Assembly (NCBI GenBank): GCA_963807605.1
Contig: CAWECG010000003.1
Location: forward strand, 896,001-960,000
Origin: Candidatus Bathyarchaeota archaeon
GTDB lineage: Archaea > Thermoproteota > Bathyarchaeia > 40CM-2-53-6 > RBG-13-38-9
DNA length: 64,000 nt
Direction: 5' to 3'
The notes below the pieces were generated by a model that was not told the DNA's origin, made no database searches, and saw only the letters and a program-made list of their open reading frames with translations. Every line of letters begins with the position of its first letter. Positions within the stretch are counted from its first letter, which is position 1. Shown here piece by piece: positions 20,700 through 31,427 of the stretch. The position numbers and the translations under genes are program-made.

Positions 20700-21728
20700 G
20701 TGACAATGCGCATAATACTTGTAGGGTTCGGCAATGTCGGAAGGGCTTTTCTCCGCATGATCGCGGAAGAGGCAACATCACTTAACGAGCGATTCTGGTC
20801 AGGGCTGAGAGTTGTCGCCGTCCTTGACAGGAGAGGAGGCGCATCTAACCAGAACGGTCTCAACATTGCAGAGCTTCTCGAGACCGACCTAAGGGAAGGC
20901 ACGGTCGCTGCTACTCCAAAAATTGGCCAATTCGGTATGTCAGCAATATCAACAATCAAAGAAGTTGAAGCTGATGCGGTGTTGGAGTTGACTCCAACAA
21001 ATCCTGTTAATGGCGAGCCAGGAATCAGTCACATTACGAGTGCTATCAGAAGCGGTAAGCATGTAATCACTACAAATAAAGGACCTCCCGCACTTGCAAT
21101 GCGAACTCTCCAAGATTTGGCCTCAGTGAACGGAGTTGAATTCAGATTCAGTGGAACGGTGGGGGGAGGAACCCCAATATTAGAGTTTGTAGAGCAAATC
21201 GGAGCAACCGACAAGATACACTCTATGAAGGCGATCCTGAACGGAACAACGAACTATGTTCTATCGCGGATGTATGATGTCGAAATATCAATGGAGAAGG
21301 CCCTCAGAGAGGCTCAACAACTAGGATATGCAGAAAGCGATTCTTCTCTTGATGTCAATGGCATCGATCCTGCACTCAAACTGACAATAATAGCCAATTA
21401 CGGTCTTGACCAAGAGCTTACCTTGAAGGATATCAGAGTACACGGTATCGGTGACATCAGTCTGGAAGAGGTTCAGAGATTTAAGAAAGAAGGAAAGAAA
21501 GTGAAACTCGTATGCTCAATCGACAATGAAGTTGCGGTTTCTCCTGAACCGCTTGAAGCATCTCAACCAATTTGTGTGGATGGATCGCTGAACTCAATCC
21601 AGCTGAAGACCAAATACATTGGGGATGTAACTATGATAGGTCCCGGTGCAGGAGGCTATCAGACTGCAACAGCAATACTGAGCGATCTGTTAACCATTGA
21701 GGAAAGAATTCGGGATCGCAGAGGGTAG
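20700..21728 (+). CDS. hom: Homoserine dehydrogenase
   Basis: GFGNVG, VITTNKGP, TVGGGTP, ILNGTTNY, GYAESD, GPGAGG..TA. Confidence 0.94.
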   Translation: MTMRIILVGFGNVGRAFLRMIAEEATSLNERFWSGLRVVAVLDRRGGASNQNGLNIAELLETDLREGTVAATPKIGQFGMSAISTIKEVEADAVLELTPTNPVNGEPGISHITSAIRSGKHVITTNKGPPALAMRTLQDLASVNGVEFRFSGTVGGGTPILEFVEQIGATDKIHSMKAILNGTTNYVLSRMYDVEISMEKALREAQQLGYAESDSSLDVNGIDPALKLTIIANYGLDQELTLKDIRVHGIGDISLEEVQRFKKEGKKVKLVCSIDNEVAVSPEPLEASQPICVDGSLNSIQLKTKYIGDVTMIGPGAGGYQTATAILSDLLTIEERIRDRRG

Positions 21729-21950
21729 CTTTTCTAAGAGAAGTAATGAGACATATTACTATATCCAATAGAAGTACTATGGTTCAGAGGACAGTTCTCT
21801 AGTTATCTGACATGGGAGTCGCAAGGCCTATCATCACACAGATCATCTAGTAGGCATAGAACACAACTGAATGATGCCATATAACACCAAATTAAAAGAG
21901 AACAGAATAGACGAAGAGCTTAAACATACGGTAAAACATCGGCTCAAGAA

Positions 21951-22841
21951 GTGATGCGAGAAGTGAAGACTGGTTGGTTTGGGGTTTTATGCCTTCTCAC
22001 AGCCGCTTCTTTCATCAATCATCCCAACTATCAATTAGTAAACAGCACCTCTCAAGGATTCTCACTTAGGGGTCCTACACACTGTTTCAGTGTAGGGGTT
22101 GGGTACGATTCCAAATTCCTATTCTCAATAAGATCGCTCGGGTATACTGGACGTATAGATTTTGAAGTGAGTGCTCCAGATGGAATAGAGGTCAATTTAG
22201 AAACTCCTGTCTTTCTAAACTCTACAGGAGCTGGAGCCTACTGCCCCATAACTGTGCGTGCGACCTCAAAGGCCAACTACGGGAATCAGTCAATTCGAAT
22301 TATGGCACGGGGAGAGACTTATACAGACTCTATTACGGTATGCATAGAAGTCGTGAGTTTAACGACGCTTACGATGCAGACATCCCCAATAGGCATCGCA
22401 GTTGATATTTTCTTAGATAACACCAAGTACCACTTAGAATCACAACCCCTTGTACTCAGGATCCGTGCGGGTCAGCACTCAATACAACTGATAACAAACT
22501 CATCCACCATAGGATCAAATAATTATGTAAGCGAGGAGTTGGACTTCACGAATATTGATGGAAATACGACTTATTATGCAAGCTCAGGTAGACCGCTGAC
22601 TCTTGACATCTTTGGCAAGAGCACTCTCACAATTCGATTTAGAGAGGAATTATTAACTACAACCGAAACTTCGAAGTTGACAACAACAGTCTCCACTGAT
22701 ATGATCTTGTTCATTGTACTAGCGGTTGTGATCTTGGCGACAATCGCAGTATGCCTTAGGAGAAGACAAACCAGAGTGGCTTCCGTTGAAGTCACGAAGG
22801 GCAACGACGCCCCAGCTGCCAGCATTGTTCTAAATTCGTGA
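21951..22841 (+). CDS. Predicted cell-surface protein (signal peptide, beta-rich domains, Thr linker, C-terminal TM)
   Basis: Hydrophobic N-terminus, several N-x-S/T sequons, TTTETSKLTTT, TM helix followed by RRR. Confidence 0.7.
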   Translation: MMREVKTGWFGVLCLLTAASFINHPNYQLVNSTSQGFSLRGPTHCFSVGVGYDSKFLFSIRSLGYTGRIDFEVSAPDGIEVNLETPVFLNSTGAGAYCPITVRATSKANYGNQSIRIMARGETYTDSITVCIEVVSLTTLTMQTSPIGIAVDIFLDNTKYHLESQPLVLRIRAGQHSIQLITNSSTIGSNNYVSEELDFTNIDGNTTYYASSGRPLTLDIFGKSTLTIRFREELLTTTETSKLTTTVSTDMILFIVLAVVILATIAVCLRRRQTRVASVEVTKGNDAPAASIVLNS

Positions 22842-22899
22842 AATATATCGTTCTTAAACTTAATATTATTCCGTCCACTCTAAAACATATGGACGACTT

Positions 22900-23229
22900 T
22901 TGTCAAGAGTAAAATTCATCACAACTGAAGATCTCCTTGAGATGCATGCCAACGACCAGAATTTCAAGCTCGTAGAGGTTTTGGCTAGAGAAGAGTTTGG
23001 GAAGGGACACATTCCTAGAGCCATTAACATACCTCTTGATCAGTTACCGGAACTCTCAAAAAAGTACCTAACTAAGAGCGACACCATTGTAGTCTACTGC
23101 GCAAGTTATCAATGCAATGCCAGTACTAACGCTGCTAGGGCACTCGTGAAAATGGGGTACAAGAAGACGCTTGATTACAAAGCGGGTAAGAAAGGCTGGC
23201 TTCATGCTGGTTTTGAGTTAGAGAAGTAA
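22900..23229 (+). CDS. Single-domain rhodanese-like protein
   Basis: GHIPRAINIP, IVVYCASYQC, GKKGW. Confidence 0.88.
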   Translation: MSRVKFITTEDLLEMHANDQNFKLVEVLAREEFGKGHIPRAINIPLDQLPELSKKYLTKSDTIVVYCASYQCNASTNAARALVKMGYKKTLDYKAGKKGWLHAGFELEK

Positions 23230-23337
23230 CCAAAGAGAGAATTAGAGAATGGAATAATCGCGATCTATAGAACACATATTTGCTGGAAGTTGAATCTGAT
23301 TCTTAGCTTATTTGCGAGATTTTGTCTCGATGAAAAG

Positions 23338-24240
23338 TCATAGGTTCGGCAGATCAGATTTTGTGGGTAGACCATTTCTACCACCGTATTCACTGATACA
23401 TCGTAAGGCCACGAAATTTCCTAGTTTACCACAAATATACAGATCTTTTTCATTCAGTAGACCGTATAGAAAGCCAGCGCAGAAGGCGTCACCCGCTCCA
23501 GTTGTATCTTTAGGTTTCTTCTTGTGTGCTGGAATTAGGTAGCTCTCTCTACCGTCGGTGATGTAACATCCTCTCTCGCCCAACTTCACAGCTATTGTCT
23601 CTACTCCTCGAGCGAGGAGATCCTTTGAACCTCTCCTGTAGTCCTTCTTCGTCATACTTCTCAACTCGTTCTCATTTGGAAGAAAGACTGATGTTCTCTT
23701 AAGAATCGGATCCAAGGCTCGAAGTCCTCTCTTGGCGTAGAGTGCACCTGGGTCAAGACTAACCCACGCCTTTTTGGAATTCTTGACCAAATGGTTCTGG
23801 GCATTGAATGGCGCGTCCCCGACAAACGATGTTAGATGAAGGATCTTTGATGAATCTGCATAAGTCACCTCGACTTCCCTAGAGGTGAGCTTATCGTTCA
23901 CCCCTGGGTCGATGTATAGTGCCCTTTCCCCACTATCATCCACGAGACCTATACAGACGCCGGTTCTTCCATTTTTTGAAATTATTACTCCACTAGTGTC
24001 TATTCCCTCTCTTTTGATGTCACCAAGAAGGTATCTGCCTTCTGGGTCATTGGTCAACTTGCCGATATATCCTGTGTTCAACCCGAGCCGGGCCAATCCC
24101 ACTATGGTATTCGCAGCTGAGCCTCCAGCGGAGACTGTTAGACTCTTTACAAATGTTTCCTCTCCTGCTCCAGCTATCTTATCGACGCTGTATAGCTTAT
24201 CTAAATTGAGCGCTCCGAAGCCTACCACATCTAGCCTCAA
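23338..24240 (-). CDS. PfkB/ribokinase-family kinase (EhaT-like)
   Basis: [30 protein letters not shown]. Confidence 0.9.
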   Translation of the reverse strand: MRLDVVGFGALNLDKLYSVDKIAGAGEETFVKSLTVSAGGSAANTIVGLARLGLNTGYIGKLTNDPEGRYLLGDIKREGIDTSGVIISKNGRTGVCIGLVDDSGERALYIDPGVNDKLTSREVEVTYADSSKILHLTSFVGDAPFNAQNHLVKNSKKAWVSLDPGALYAKRGLRALDPILKRTSVFLPNENELRSMTKKDYRRGSKDLLARGVETIAVKLGERGCYITDGRESYLIPAHKKKPKDTTGAGDAFCAGFLYGLLNEKDLYICGKLGNFVALRCISEYGGRNGLPTKSDLPNL

Positions 24241-25151
24241 ATGAATAACCCTCGTAAGCCCACTCGGTATCGTCCGAGTTTTCCTCCGTAGTTTCCAGCA
24301 GATATCTTGGTAACTTCAGGCATATCCCAGATGCTTTCTATACCAGCTTTCATTGCTTTGGAGACCGTAGGTAAGGAGACACCGTTTATGACAATTTCCG
24401 GTATATAGTTAACATCTTCAGGAACTTTAGAGCGACTTCCTAGTTTCTCCCTCAAAGACGGACAGTAGACCTCGTTGGTTGTTGGTCCGATCCAAGGAAA
24501 TTTGGTTTCTGGTTTTGAGCCTGCTGAACATATGTTAAATGGTGTTACTGCCCCATAAATGTGATGAACTGCTTCCAGAGCTCTTTTTCCCGCCTCAAAC
24601 ACTGCTTTCTTGCTTCTGCACATATACCAGAAGTTTCCCCCCATCACGCCAAGATTGTATCCCAAATATCTCTCTATTCGAAAGTTGGGAATCATTATTG
24701 GGATGTTTATGATCCTTCTACCCCTGTATTCTTCTTCCCACTCAAAGCCGTCACCGCAGTGACCAACCCTTTCCATGGTGTCTATCTGACCAACTGAGTC
24801 TTCAAGTGCGTTGAAGACTGCTGTGAACGGCTTGACAAGAATGTCCTGCCTTATTCTGTAAGAAAGCTCAACCTCAAACTTTTTGATAGAGTCCTGCAAA
24901 GGCTTGGATGTGTCTATGCCCCCCCAAAACTGGATGATTGCGCCCTTGCGGCCATCAGGGGTATCTTCATTTGAAATGAACTCCTCGATACCGCCTTCGA
25001 CTCTTCCAATCACAATGGATGGCGTGCTCGTAGAGTCGTCAGCGGCAGCCTTCAGAGTTTCATCGTCTTCAGCGGTCACGATGATTCTCACGAAGACTCC
25101 TTCAAATGCTTCTGCGTATGTATCTTCCAGTTTTTCTATTCCCATTTTCAA
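24237..25151 (-). CDS. ftr: Divergent formylmethanofuran:H4MPT formyltransferase paralog (EhaS/FtrII-like)
   Basis: [43 protein letters not shown]. Has [12 protein letters not shown] in place of canonical RIGQCVLTxPTT. Confidence 0.85.
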   Translation of the reverse strand: MKMGIEKLEDTYAEAFEGVFVRIIVTAEDDETLKAAADDSTSTPSIVIGRVEGGIEEFISNEDTPDGRKGAIIQFWGGIDTSKPLQDSIKKFEVELSYRIRQDILVKPFTAVFNALEDSVGQIDTMERVGHCGDGFEWEEEYRGRRIINIPIMIPNFRIERYLGYNLGVMGGNFWYMCRSKKAVFEAGKRALEAVHHIYGAVTPFNICSAGSKPETKFPWIGPTTNEVYCPSLREKLGSRSKVPEDVNYIPEIVINGVSLPTVSKAMKAGIESIWDMPEVTKISAGNYGGKLGRYRVGLRGLFI

Positions 25152-25163
25152 ACCTCGTTTCGA

Positions 25164-26243
25164 TTACCCCAAGCTTCCGACGACTTCGCCTCTAACCTTC
25201 TTTCTAAAAAGGCAACTTTCCTTTGTCAATCTTTCCTTATTACCCTCGGATATTGCTTCGACTTGAGGAAGTTTACTTCCATAGACCTCCACTGATAATG
25301 CATACATTTGTTCACCACAGATCTTTTTTATCGATTCGTATCCCCAACTTGACACAAGCATCTTCACAGCCTCTCTTCCTCCGTTATTGAAAGCAAGGCT
25401 AAGTATGCCTATTGCAAGTGTATTCTCCGAAAGCACTGCAAGCTCCGCTTCTCTGATTGCGTACTCGTTTCCGTTAAAAGAGATTGGAAGACCCTGATTT
25501 TCTTTGACATACCTGAGTGGTGCTGAGTCGGTTATGCTATCTCCGATGTAGATCACTTGTCTTGGCTTACAGAGATTCTTTTCAATTATATCTTTGACGG
25601 CTTCGACTTTCTCCGCTCCGCCGACAGGCCTAACTTCCCTGATAATTCTTCCAGCGGCCATCTTCTGGATCTTAGACCAAAAGATATCGTCAAGATACCC
25701 AATGGTTTCTTGATCCTGTCTTTCAAGGTCTGTAACGGAGCGTGCATCAATAGGAATGGTTGGCAGTGGCAGTTTAGCCAATTCACTTGCCCAAGATCTG
25801 AGTTTATCGTTCTCCCAATTGGGGATCTGAAATTGATCAAGATCAAGCTTGGTACAATAGACACTAATCATAGGAAAGTTCGTGAGTCTGCATAATGCTT
25901 GGATGTACTGTTCATAGCTGGTGCTTACTATGAACGAGGGCATTAACCTCCTCACAAGTGAGAGCGTCTCCCTCGCTCTAGGGATCAGAACGACCCCTTC
26001 AGCGGAAAGTTCTCTCAGCACTTCATTCGTTGCGCCAAAAGCCTTCAGGAAGGGAAGGATGAGCTTTAATGTATCACCAGGCCTGTAGCCGGGCCTTTTT
26101 ACCAGATCAGCCTGCACATCATCATATTTGCTGAGTAGCGTGAATAGTGCAGCGCCTTCAGGAATTAGCTTGTCCGTAAGCTCAAATGCGTTATCGTTCT
26201 TAGAAATCGGTCCTTCACAATCTGTTACGAAAATCCTCTTCAC
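25164..26243 (-). CDS. HAD-superfamily hydrolase (EhaR-like)
   Basis: FVTDCEGPISKNDNA (motif I variant DxE), IVSTS, GGAEK, YIGDSITD, SFNGNEYA. Confidence 0.8.
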   Translation of the reverse strand: MKRIFVTDCEGPISKNDNAFELTDKLIPEGAALFTLLSKYDDVQADLVKRPGYRPGDTLKLILPFLKAFGATNEVLRELSAEGVVLIPRARETLSLVRRLMPSFIVSTSYEQYIQALCRLTNFPMISVYCTKLDLDQFQIPNWENDKLRSWASELAKLPLPTIPIDARSVTDLERQDQETIGYLDDIFWSKIQKMAAGRIIREVRPVGGAEKVEAVKDIIEKNLCKPRQVIYIGDSITDSAPLRYVKENQGLPISFNGNEYAIREAELAVLSENTLAIGILSLAFNNGGREAVKMLVSSWGYESIKKICGEQMYALSVEVYGSKLPQVEAISEGNKERLTKESCLFRKKVRGEVVGSLG

Positions 26244-27676
26244 GCCATCCTCAGCCGCTTCATGTGTTCGATACTCTTACCGATATGTTCTCGGGATGCG
26301 ATATCGCTTCTATACCACAAGGCGCCTCCACGGATCCTCTTTATTCCCTCAAGAGCAAACTCTCTTGCCTCCTCTATTGTTGCCGCTGTCCCAACTGAAG
26401 AGATTGTTCTTGAGGAGAGTGAGTAGAGGTTACCATCAGATCGCACTTCAATAGAACCAGGATAGATCCTAAGATTGAGGAAATTTGCCTGTTCATATTG
26501 TATAGCATCACCAAGATATATTGGCGAGTCTTTCTCTTTCGTGGAGACTCTGGTTGGATATTGCGTGAAATAACCGCCATACGACAGAGGAGCTTTGTAG
26601 ATAACCACACTTGACATAGGTTTGATTCGGACTGACTGGAGTTCACCATCGATCATCTTCAGGCAGATCTCAACAAAATCTTGATCTACTATCGGCAGAA
26701 TATTCTGAATCTCGGGATCCCCCGGTCGACTGTTTATTTCAAGAACCTTAGGTCCGTCAGCCGAATGCATGAATGCAACGTAGAAGGGAATACCCCTCAG
26801 GTTAGCGTTGTTTCCTCCTCCGGAGAACTCTCTGAAGATGTTCTCCGCTATCTTAACCTCCTCGCTCATATCCGACGGTCCCATGAAAGGAAGCAAGTTC
26901 CCTGTGCCCTTGTATGAACCCATGCCGCCCGTGTTTGGTCCCTTATCTCCCTCAAAGGCCCTCTTGTAATCTCGAGTCTCAGGGAGAGCAAGCAAGTGTC
27001 TTCCGTCACAGAAAGCTTGGAAACTTGATTCCTCGCCGTCTATCTTCTCTTCGACTATGACTTTCTCACTTCCTCCTCCATATATCGAATAGAAGTGGAG
27101 GTAGGCTTCCTGCATAGAGAAGAAGTGTTCGCCACCAACGCCAACTCCTTTGCCGAAACCAGGCCTATCAGGTTTTATCACAACATTCTCTGGGCCTCCA
27201 AGCTGAGTCAGCCATTCTTCAAAATCAGGTCTGGGCTCAGCTCCCAAGTTCTTTGGGTCAAAGACTTTGAACAAAGGATTCGCTTTCGGTGCACACTCTT
27301 GGAGCAGGCGTCTTTGGGAGACCTTGCTGCCCTCGATCGCATACTCACGTGTCGGGCACACAAGTGGAATGCCAGTCTGCTTCTCGATGAGATCTCGGAT
27401 ACCCTGAATTATTGGTCCTTCAGAACCAACTATACCAAAACGTATCTTATCTCTATACTTCTCTGCAAAGTTGCAGATCTCATTAAGCGAGAGATCTGGG
27501 ATAACCCTGTGTTCTCCACTGTTCTCAACTTTCTTGATATTGAAAGGATTGGATTGTTTGTCAGCTATGTAGAACTCTACATTGTATTCTTCGCTTCGGG
27601 ACAAGGCGTCGACTATAGCCACGTCTCGTGAGCCATAACTGACAACTAGGACGCCAATCTTTTCCATCCGGTTCAT
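26240..27676 (-). CDS. purD: Phosphoribosylamine-glycine ligase (divergent PurD)
   Basis: EGSK, KPD..GFGKGV, EEKIDGEE.S, DYKRAFEGDKGPNTGGMGS, EINSRPGDPE. Confidence 0.88.
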   Translation of the reverse strand: MNRMEKIGVLVVSYGSRDVAIVDALSRSEEYNVEFYIADKQSNPFNIKKVENSGEHRVIPDLSLNEICNFAEKYRDKIRFGIVGSEGPIIQGIRDLIEKQTGIPLVCPTREYAIEGSKVSQRRLLQECAPKANPLFKVFDPKNLGAEPRPDFEEWLTQLGGPENVVIKPDRPGFGKGVGVGGEHFFSMQEAYLHFYSIYGGGSEKVIVEEKIDGEESSFQAFCDGRHLLALPETRDYKRAFEGDKGPNTGGMGSYKGTGNLLPFMGPSDMSEEVKIAENIFREFSGGGNNANLRGIPFYVAFMHSADGPKVLEINSRPGDPEIQNILPIVDQDFVEICLKMIDGELQSVRIKPMSSVVIYKAPLSYGGYFTQYPTRVSTKEKDSPIYLGDAIQYEQANFLNLRIYPGSIEVRSDGNLYSLSSRTISSVGTAATIEEAREFALEGIKRIRGGALWYRSDIASREHIGKSIEHMKRLRMA

Positions 27677-27684
27677 CTTACTTT

Positions 27685-28500
27685 CTAGTTTGTCAGCAAG
27701 GTTCTTGATTTCTCAGTTGCCTTAATTACAGCTTTCATCAAAGTTGCGCGTATCATACCTTCCTCAAGTTGCAGTAGTCCCTCAATGGTAGCGCCCCCAG
27801 GGGTAGTGACCATATCTTTCAGTTTAGCTGGATGCTCCTTCGTTTCAAGAACCATCTTAGCAGCTCCCAATGCAGTCTGCGCAGCTAGAAGAGTTGCCAA
27901 GTTCCTTTCCAACCCAACTTTTACTCCACCATCACTCAGAGCCTCTATCATAGTGTAAATGTAGGCGGGGCCGCTCCCACTTAATGCCGTAATTGCATCC
28001 AGATGCTTCTCATCGACAACCACAACTCTGCCGACCGAACTGAAGATCTTCTCAGCCAACGCAATACTTTCAGGTGAGCAATTTGGTCCTTTGGAAAGTG
28101 CAACCATACCCTCGCCAACGAGAACAGCTACATTCGGCATTGCTCGAACTATTGGAATGTCACCTCCAAGAATCTTCGAAAAGAACTCTGCAGACACACC
28201 TGAAACCAATGTGATGATAAGCTGCCTCGTTGTGATGAACATCTTGATACTTTCAGCAGCACTCTTCGCGTCTTTAGGTTTCACCGCGATGACGATCACA
28301 TTGCATTTATGTGCTACCTTGAAGATGTCTGAGTCGCACTTTATGCCATACGCTTTCGATACGTATTGACAACGTTCCTTTAGTAGGTCAGCAGCAAAAA
28401 GTCTGGAGGGTTCAAGGACTTTTTCAGATAATAGACCTCGTATCAGAGCCTCACCCATCTTGCCTGCTCCAACTATACATGCCTTCAAGTCTTCAATCAT
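27685..28500 (-). CDS. proC: Pyrroline-5-carboxylate reductase
   Basis: GAGKMG, AVKP, RAMPN, ALSGSGPAY, VTTPGGAT. Confidence 0.95.
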   Translation of the reverse strand: MIEDLKACIVGAGKMGEALIRGLLSEKVLEPSRLFAADLLKERCQYVSKAYGIKCDSDIFKVAHKCNVIVIAVKPKDAKSAAESIKMFITTRQLIITLVSGVSAEFFSKILGGDIPIVRAMPNVAVLVGEGMVALSKGPNCSPESIALAEKIFSSVGRVVVVDEKHLDAITALSGSGPAYIYTMIEALSDGGVKVGLERNLATLLAAQTALGAAKMVLETKEHPAKLKDMVTTPGGATIEGLLQLEEGMIRATLMKAVIKATEKSRTLLTN

Positions 28501-28934
28501 CTTTCAACACTGCTTTCCTATTCTCTATTTGCTCCAAAATAAAAGACCACACACACATATTCATCTGATCGGAGCATAAAAATTCGCAACTAGCTCATTA
28601 TGCGATAAGTCGCTGACCTTGTGCCTTGGGTAGTGCGCGATAAATTCCGCTGCTGCAGCCTCTGTCAGAAAGTCGTTACTTGCCAACCATAGATAACATC
28701 GTTGGTGCTTGGATCTGAAAATGTTTGGTGCTATGGAAATGGTTCTCATCTTTTAATTCATTCATCCGAAGCGAGCCTAACTTCTGTGTTGGCGGTTAGT
28801 TGATATTAGCTTCGGAGTTTTGACTTCAGCTTAAGTATGATGTATGGCCAAATATTAGAACCGGCTTTCCCTCTTGAGGTTGTCTAAGAAGATCTTTACG
28901 GTGTACTAGAATTCGGTTGACTGCAATCGTAGAC

Positions 28935-29306
28935 TTAGACGAGGAGAGCTCTCTGCATACACTTTGGGCAGATCAGCTCGTCTTCCTTCATTGTGGCACC
29001 ACAATAAATGCAGAGCTTATTTCCAATGGGCGACGCAGGTAGATACAGTTGGGGTGTCTGGTATACTGGGTAAGAAGGTCTGCGATACGTGGGAGGGGTT
29101 CCAGAATAGGCGGGATATGGACGTTGAGGATTGCTGTACTGGGGAGTATAGCCGTATTGAGGATAAGCTGGAGAGGGGTAGGCTTGGGCAGGTTTGTAAC
29201 ATTGAGGGCAGATCCATTTGTTGTACTGCGATGACCAGACTTTGAATCCACCACATTTCCAACATTTCTTAGGTTTCTGATACGGTGAATACAAAGCATT
29301 TCCCAC
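28935..29306 (-). CDS. Hypothetical protein: two zinc ribbons flanking a Pro/Tyr/Gln-rich linker
   Basis: CWKC..WICPQC and CIYC..ICPKC with a low-complexity YP-rich middle. Confidence 0.6.
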   Translation of the reverse strand: MGNALYSPYQKPKKCWKCGGFKVWSSQYNKWICPQCYKPAQAYPSPAYPQYGYTPQYSNPQRPYPAYSGTPPTYRRPSYPVYQTPQLYLPASPIGNKLCIYCGATMKEDELICPKCMQRALLV

Positions 29307-29373
29307 CTGAAGAGTCGTACAGTACTCCCTTTAAGGTTTAGCCTTTTCTTGAACCAATTAGTTGTTATACAGA

Positions 29374-30618
29374 CTATTCCTTTCTCAGAGCTATCAATGG
29401 GCTGAAGCGCGAAGCTCTCCAAGCGGGGTATAATCCAGCTACACAGCTCAACACCAACGAGAGCAGAGCCACGTATGCGAGATCGATGGGAACGAATAGA
29501 GGCTTTACTCCCGTGCTTCCGACGCCAAACGGCAAGACGCGGATCATGAGGTAAGCTCCACCTATCCCTATCATGACTCCAAGCATGCCCCCCAGTATCC
29601 CGATCATGATTGATTCTGTGAGGAACATTAAGAGTACCATCAAGCTGTTGAAGCCTAGGGCCTTTAAGAGTCCTATTTCTTTTGTTCTCTCAATCACAGA
29701 AGTGAAGAGAGTTGTGATTATGCCGACGGCTCCGACGAACATCGAGACCGAGGCTATACTGGAGATGAACGCGTTGAACGTCGAGAATACACCCTGTATT
29801 GTCTCGGTGATCGCTTTAGGAGTAATGATTCCAATGGTCTTACCGAATCTGGTTCTGATCTCCTGTTCAACCTTGTCATTAAGGGCCGGGTCTTTCGTTA
29901 TGACATAAATGCCATCGTATTGCGAGCCTTTTTCAAAGAAAGTGTTGGCGGCACTCAGAGAAATGTACACGTTAGTGTCGACAGCCATTGTTCCTAGTTT
30001 GCTGATGACGCCTTTGATTTGGAAGGATTTTGTCTTTGTCGTCACTTTCTGGGTCTGTCCGACGTTTTCGGTCTGGGCGATCTCCATAATGAGCATTTTT
30101 CCTTGAGGTGCAAAGAGCGTGGTCTCACTTGGCGGGAGTGATACGTCCATTCCGACAATCATTCCGCTGGAGTCAGAGGTGGAGACGTAGGAACCCGATG
30201 CTAGACTGATTTTTGGAATTACTAGTCGGAGTTTGCTCTGGTCCATTCCGATTACTTGCGCGGTTAATTCTTTGCTTCCAGATCTAAGGGTTGCAGCGCT
30301 CTGTATAGTTGGAATGGCTTGTTCGACGCCTGGCATTCTAGCAATGGTTCTCACTGTATAGTCATTTATGATAATCTTTTGGCTTTCTTGTTGACCACCG
30401 CCGAACCTACCCAGTGGTTGTGAGGGTGACACGATTACTAGGTTGGCTCCTAGGGAGCCAAGCTGGTCTGCTATGAAGACGTTCATTCCCCCGCTAAGTC
30501 CGTTTAGAGACGTCATCAGAGCAGCGCCTATTATTACCATAAGCACAGTTAAGCCAGTTCTAAGCTTCCTCTCGCTGAGGGCGCTGGAAGCCAATTTGAA
30601 GAGGTCAAGGGGGGTCAA
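29374..30618 (-). CDS. ABC exporter permease (MacB/FtsX/LolCE type)
   Basis: RKLRTGLT..IIG, large extracellular loop, ERTKEIGLLKALG, GLYPAWRAS. Confidence 0.9.
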   Translation of the reverse strand: MTPLDLFKLASSALSERKLRTGLTVLMVIIGAALMTSLNGLSGGMNVFIADQLGSLGANLVIVSPSQPLGRFGGGQQESQKIIINDYTVRTIARMPGVEQAIPTIQSAATLRSGSKELTAQVIGMDQSKLRLVIPKISLASGSYVSTSDSSGMIVGMDVSLPPSETTLFAPQGKMLIMEIAQTENVGQTQKVTTKTKSFQIKGVISKLGTMAVDTNVYISLSAANTFFEKGSQYDGIYVITKDPALNDKVEQEIRTRFGKTIGIITPKAITETIQGVFSTFNAFISSIASVSMFVGAVGIITTLFTSVIERTKEIGLLKALGFNSLMVLLMFLTESIMIGILGGMLGVMIGIGGAYLMIRVLPFGVGSTGVKPLFVPIDLAYVALLSLVLSCVAGLYPAWRASRFSPLIALRKE

Positions 30619-31379
30619 TCTGGGATCACCCTCTCCTTATCTGTTGGCTGTTTACCCCATATCCCGATCGATTCTTTCTCTATCAAACCGTCTCTGAGGT
30701 GAAGGATTCTGTCTGTTTCGTTTGCTAATTCAGGGTTATGGGTGACCATTACTATGGTTGCTTTCTGTTCTTTGTTAATTTCGCGCAGGAGTTCCGCTAT
30801 TTCGCTTCCCGTCTTTGAGTCGAGATTTCCTGTCGGTTCATCTGCTAAGATGAAGGCTGGTTTGTTTATGAGAGCTCTTGCTATCGCGACTCTCTGTTGT
30901 TCCCCGCCGCTCATGAAATTAGGTTTTCGGTTGACTTTGTCTCCTAGCCCGACCATTTCAAGCAGATGCCTAGCCCTTTCCCTCCTGATCTTCGCTGGCA
31001 CGCTACTTACGATGGCAGGGAGTTCGACATTTTTTAGAGCGGTCGTGCGTGCCACAAGATTGAAGCTTTGAAAGATAAAGCCAATTTTTCTATTTCTAAA
31101 GCTTGCTAGACCCCAATCGTTGAGGTTTGTTATGTCGATCTCATCTATGATGATTCTGCCCTTTGTCGGCCTATCGAGGGCACCAAGCATGTTAAGGAGG
31201 GTCGACTTTCCGCTTCCTGATGGTCCCACGATGGATACGTATTCACCTCGTCCAACCTTCAGGTTGACTCCACGGAGCGCAGTTACTACTACGTCACCGA
31301 ATTCGAAGGTCTTGTGCAGATCGGTTGTCTCTATCGCTAGTTCTTCTGCTGTATTAGCTTGTGACGGCAAGGTCTGCAC
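30615..31379 (-). CDS. ABC ATP-binding protein (LolD/MacB type)
   Basis: GPSGSGKST, MSGGEQQRVAIARAL, ILADEPTGNLD, VTH. Confidence 0.95.
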   Translation of the reverse strand: MQTLPSQANTAEELAIETTDLHKTFEFGDVVVTALRGVNLKVGRGEYVSIVGPSGSGKSTLLNMLGALDRPTKGRIIIDEIDITNLNDWGLASFRNRKIGFIFQSFNLVARTTALKNVELPAIVSSVPAKIRRERARHLLEMVGLGDKVNRKPNFMSGGEQQRVAIARALINKPAFILADEPTGNLDSKTGSEIAELLREINKEQKATIVMVTHNPELANETDRILHLRDGLIEKESIGIWGKQPTDKERVIPD

Positions 31380-31427
31380 GTTCCTATCAGGTCTATGAAT
31401 GATGCGGATCTATTCGAGCATGGACTA

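Noticed and set aside
28561-28749. 62-aa minus-strand ORF upstream of proC
   Set aside because: No motif or RBS support; cannot be distinguished from a chance ORF.
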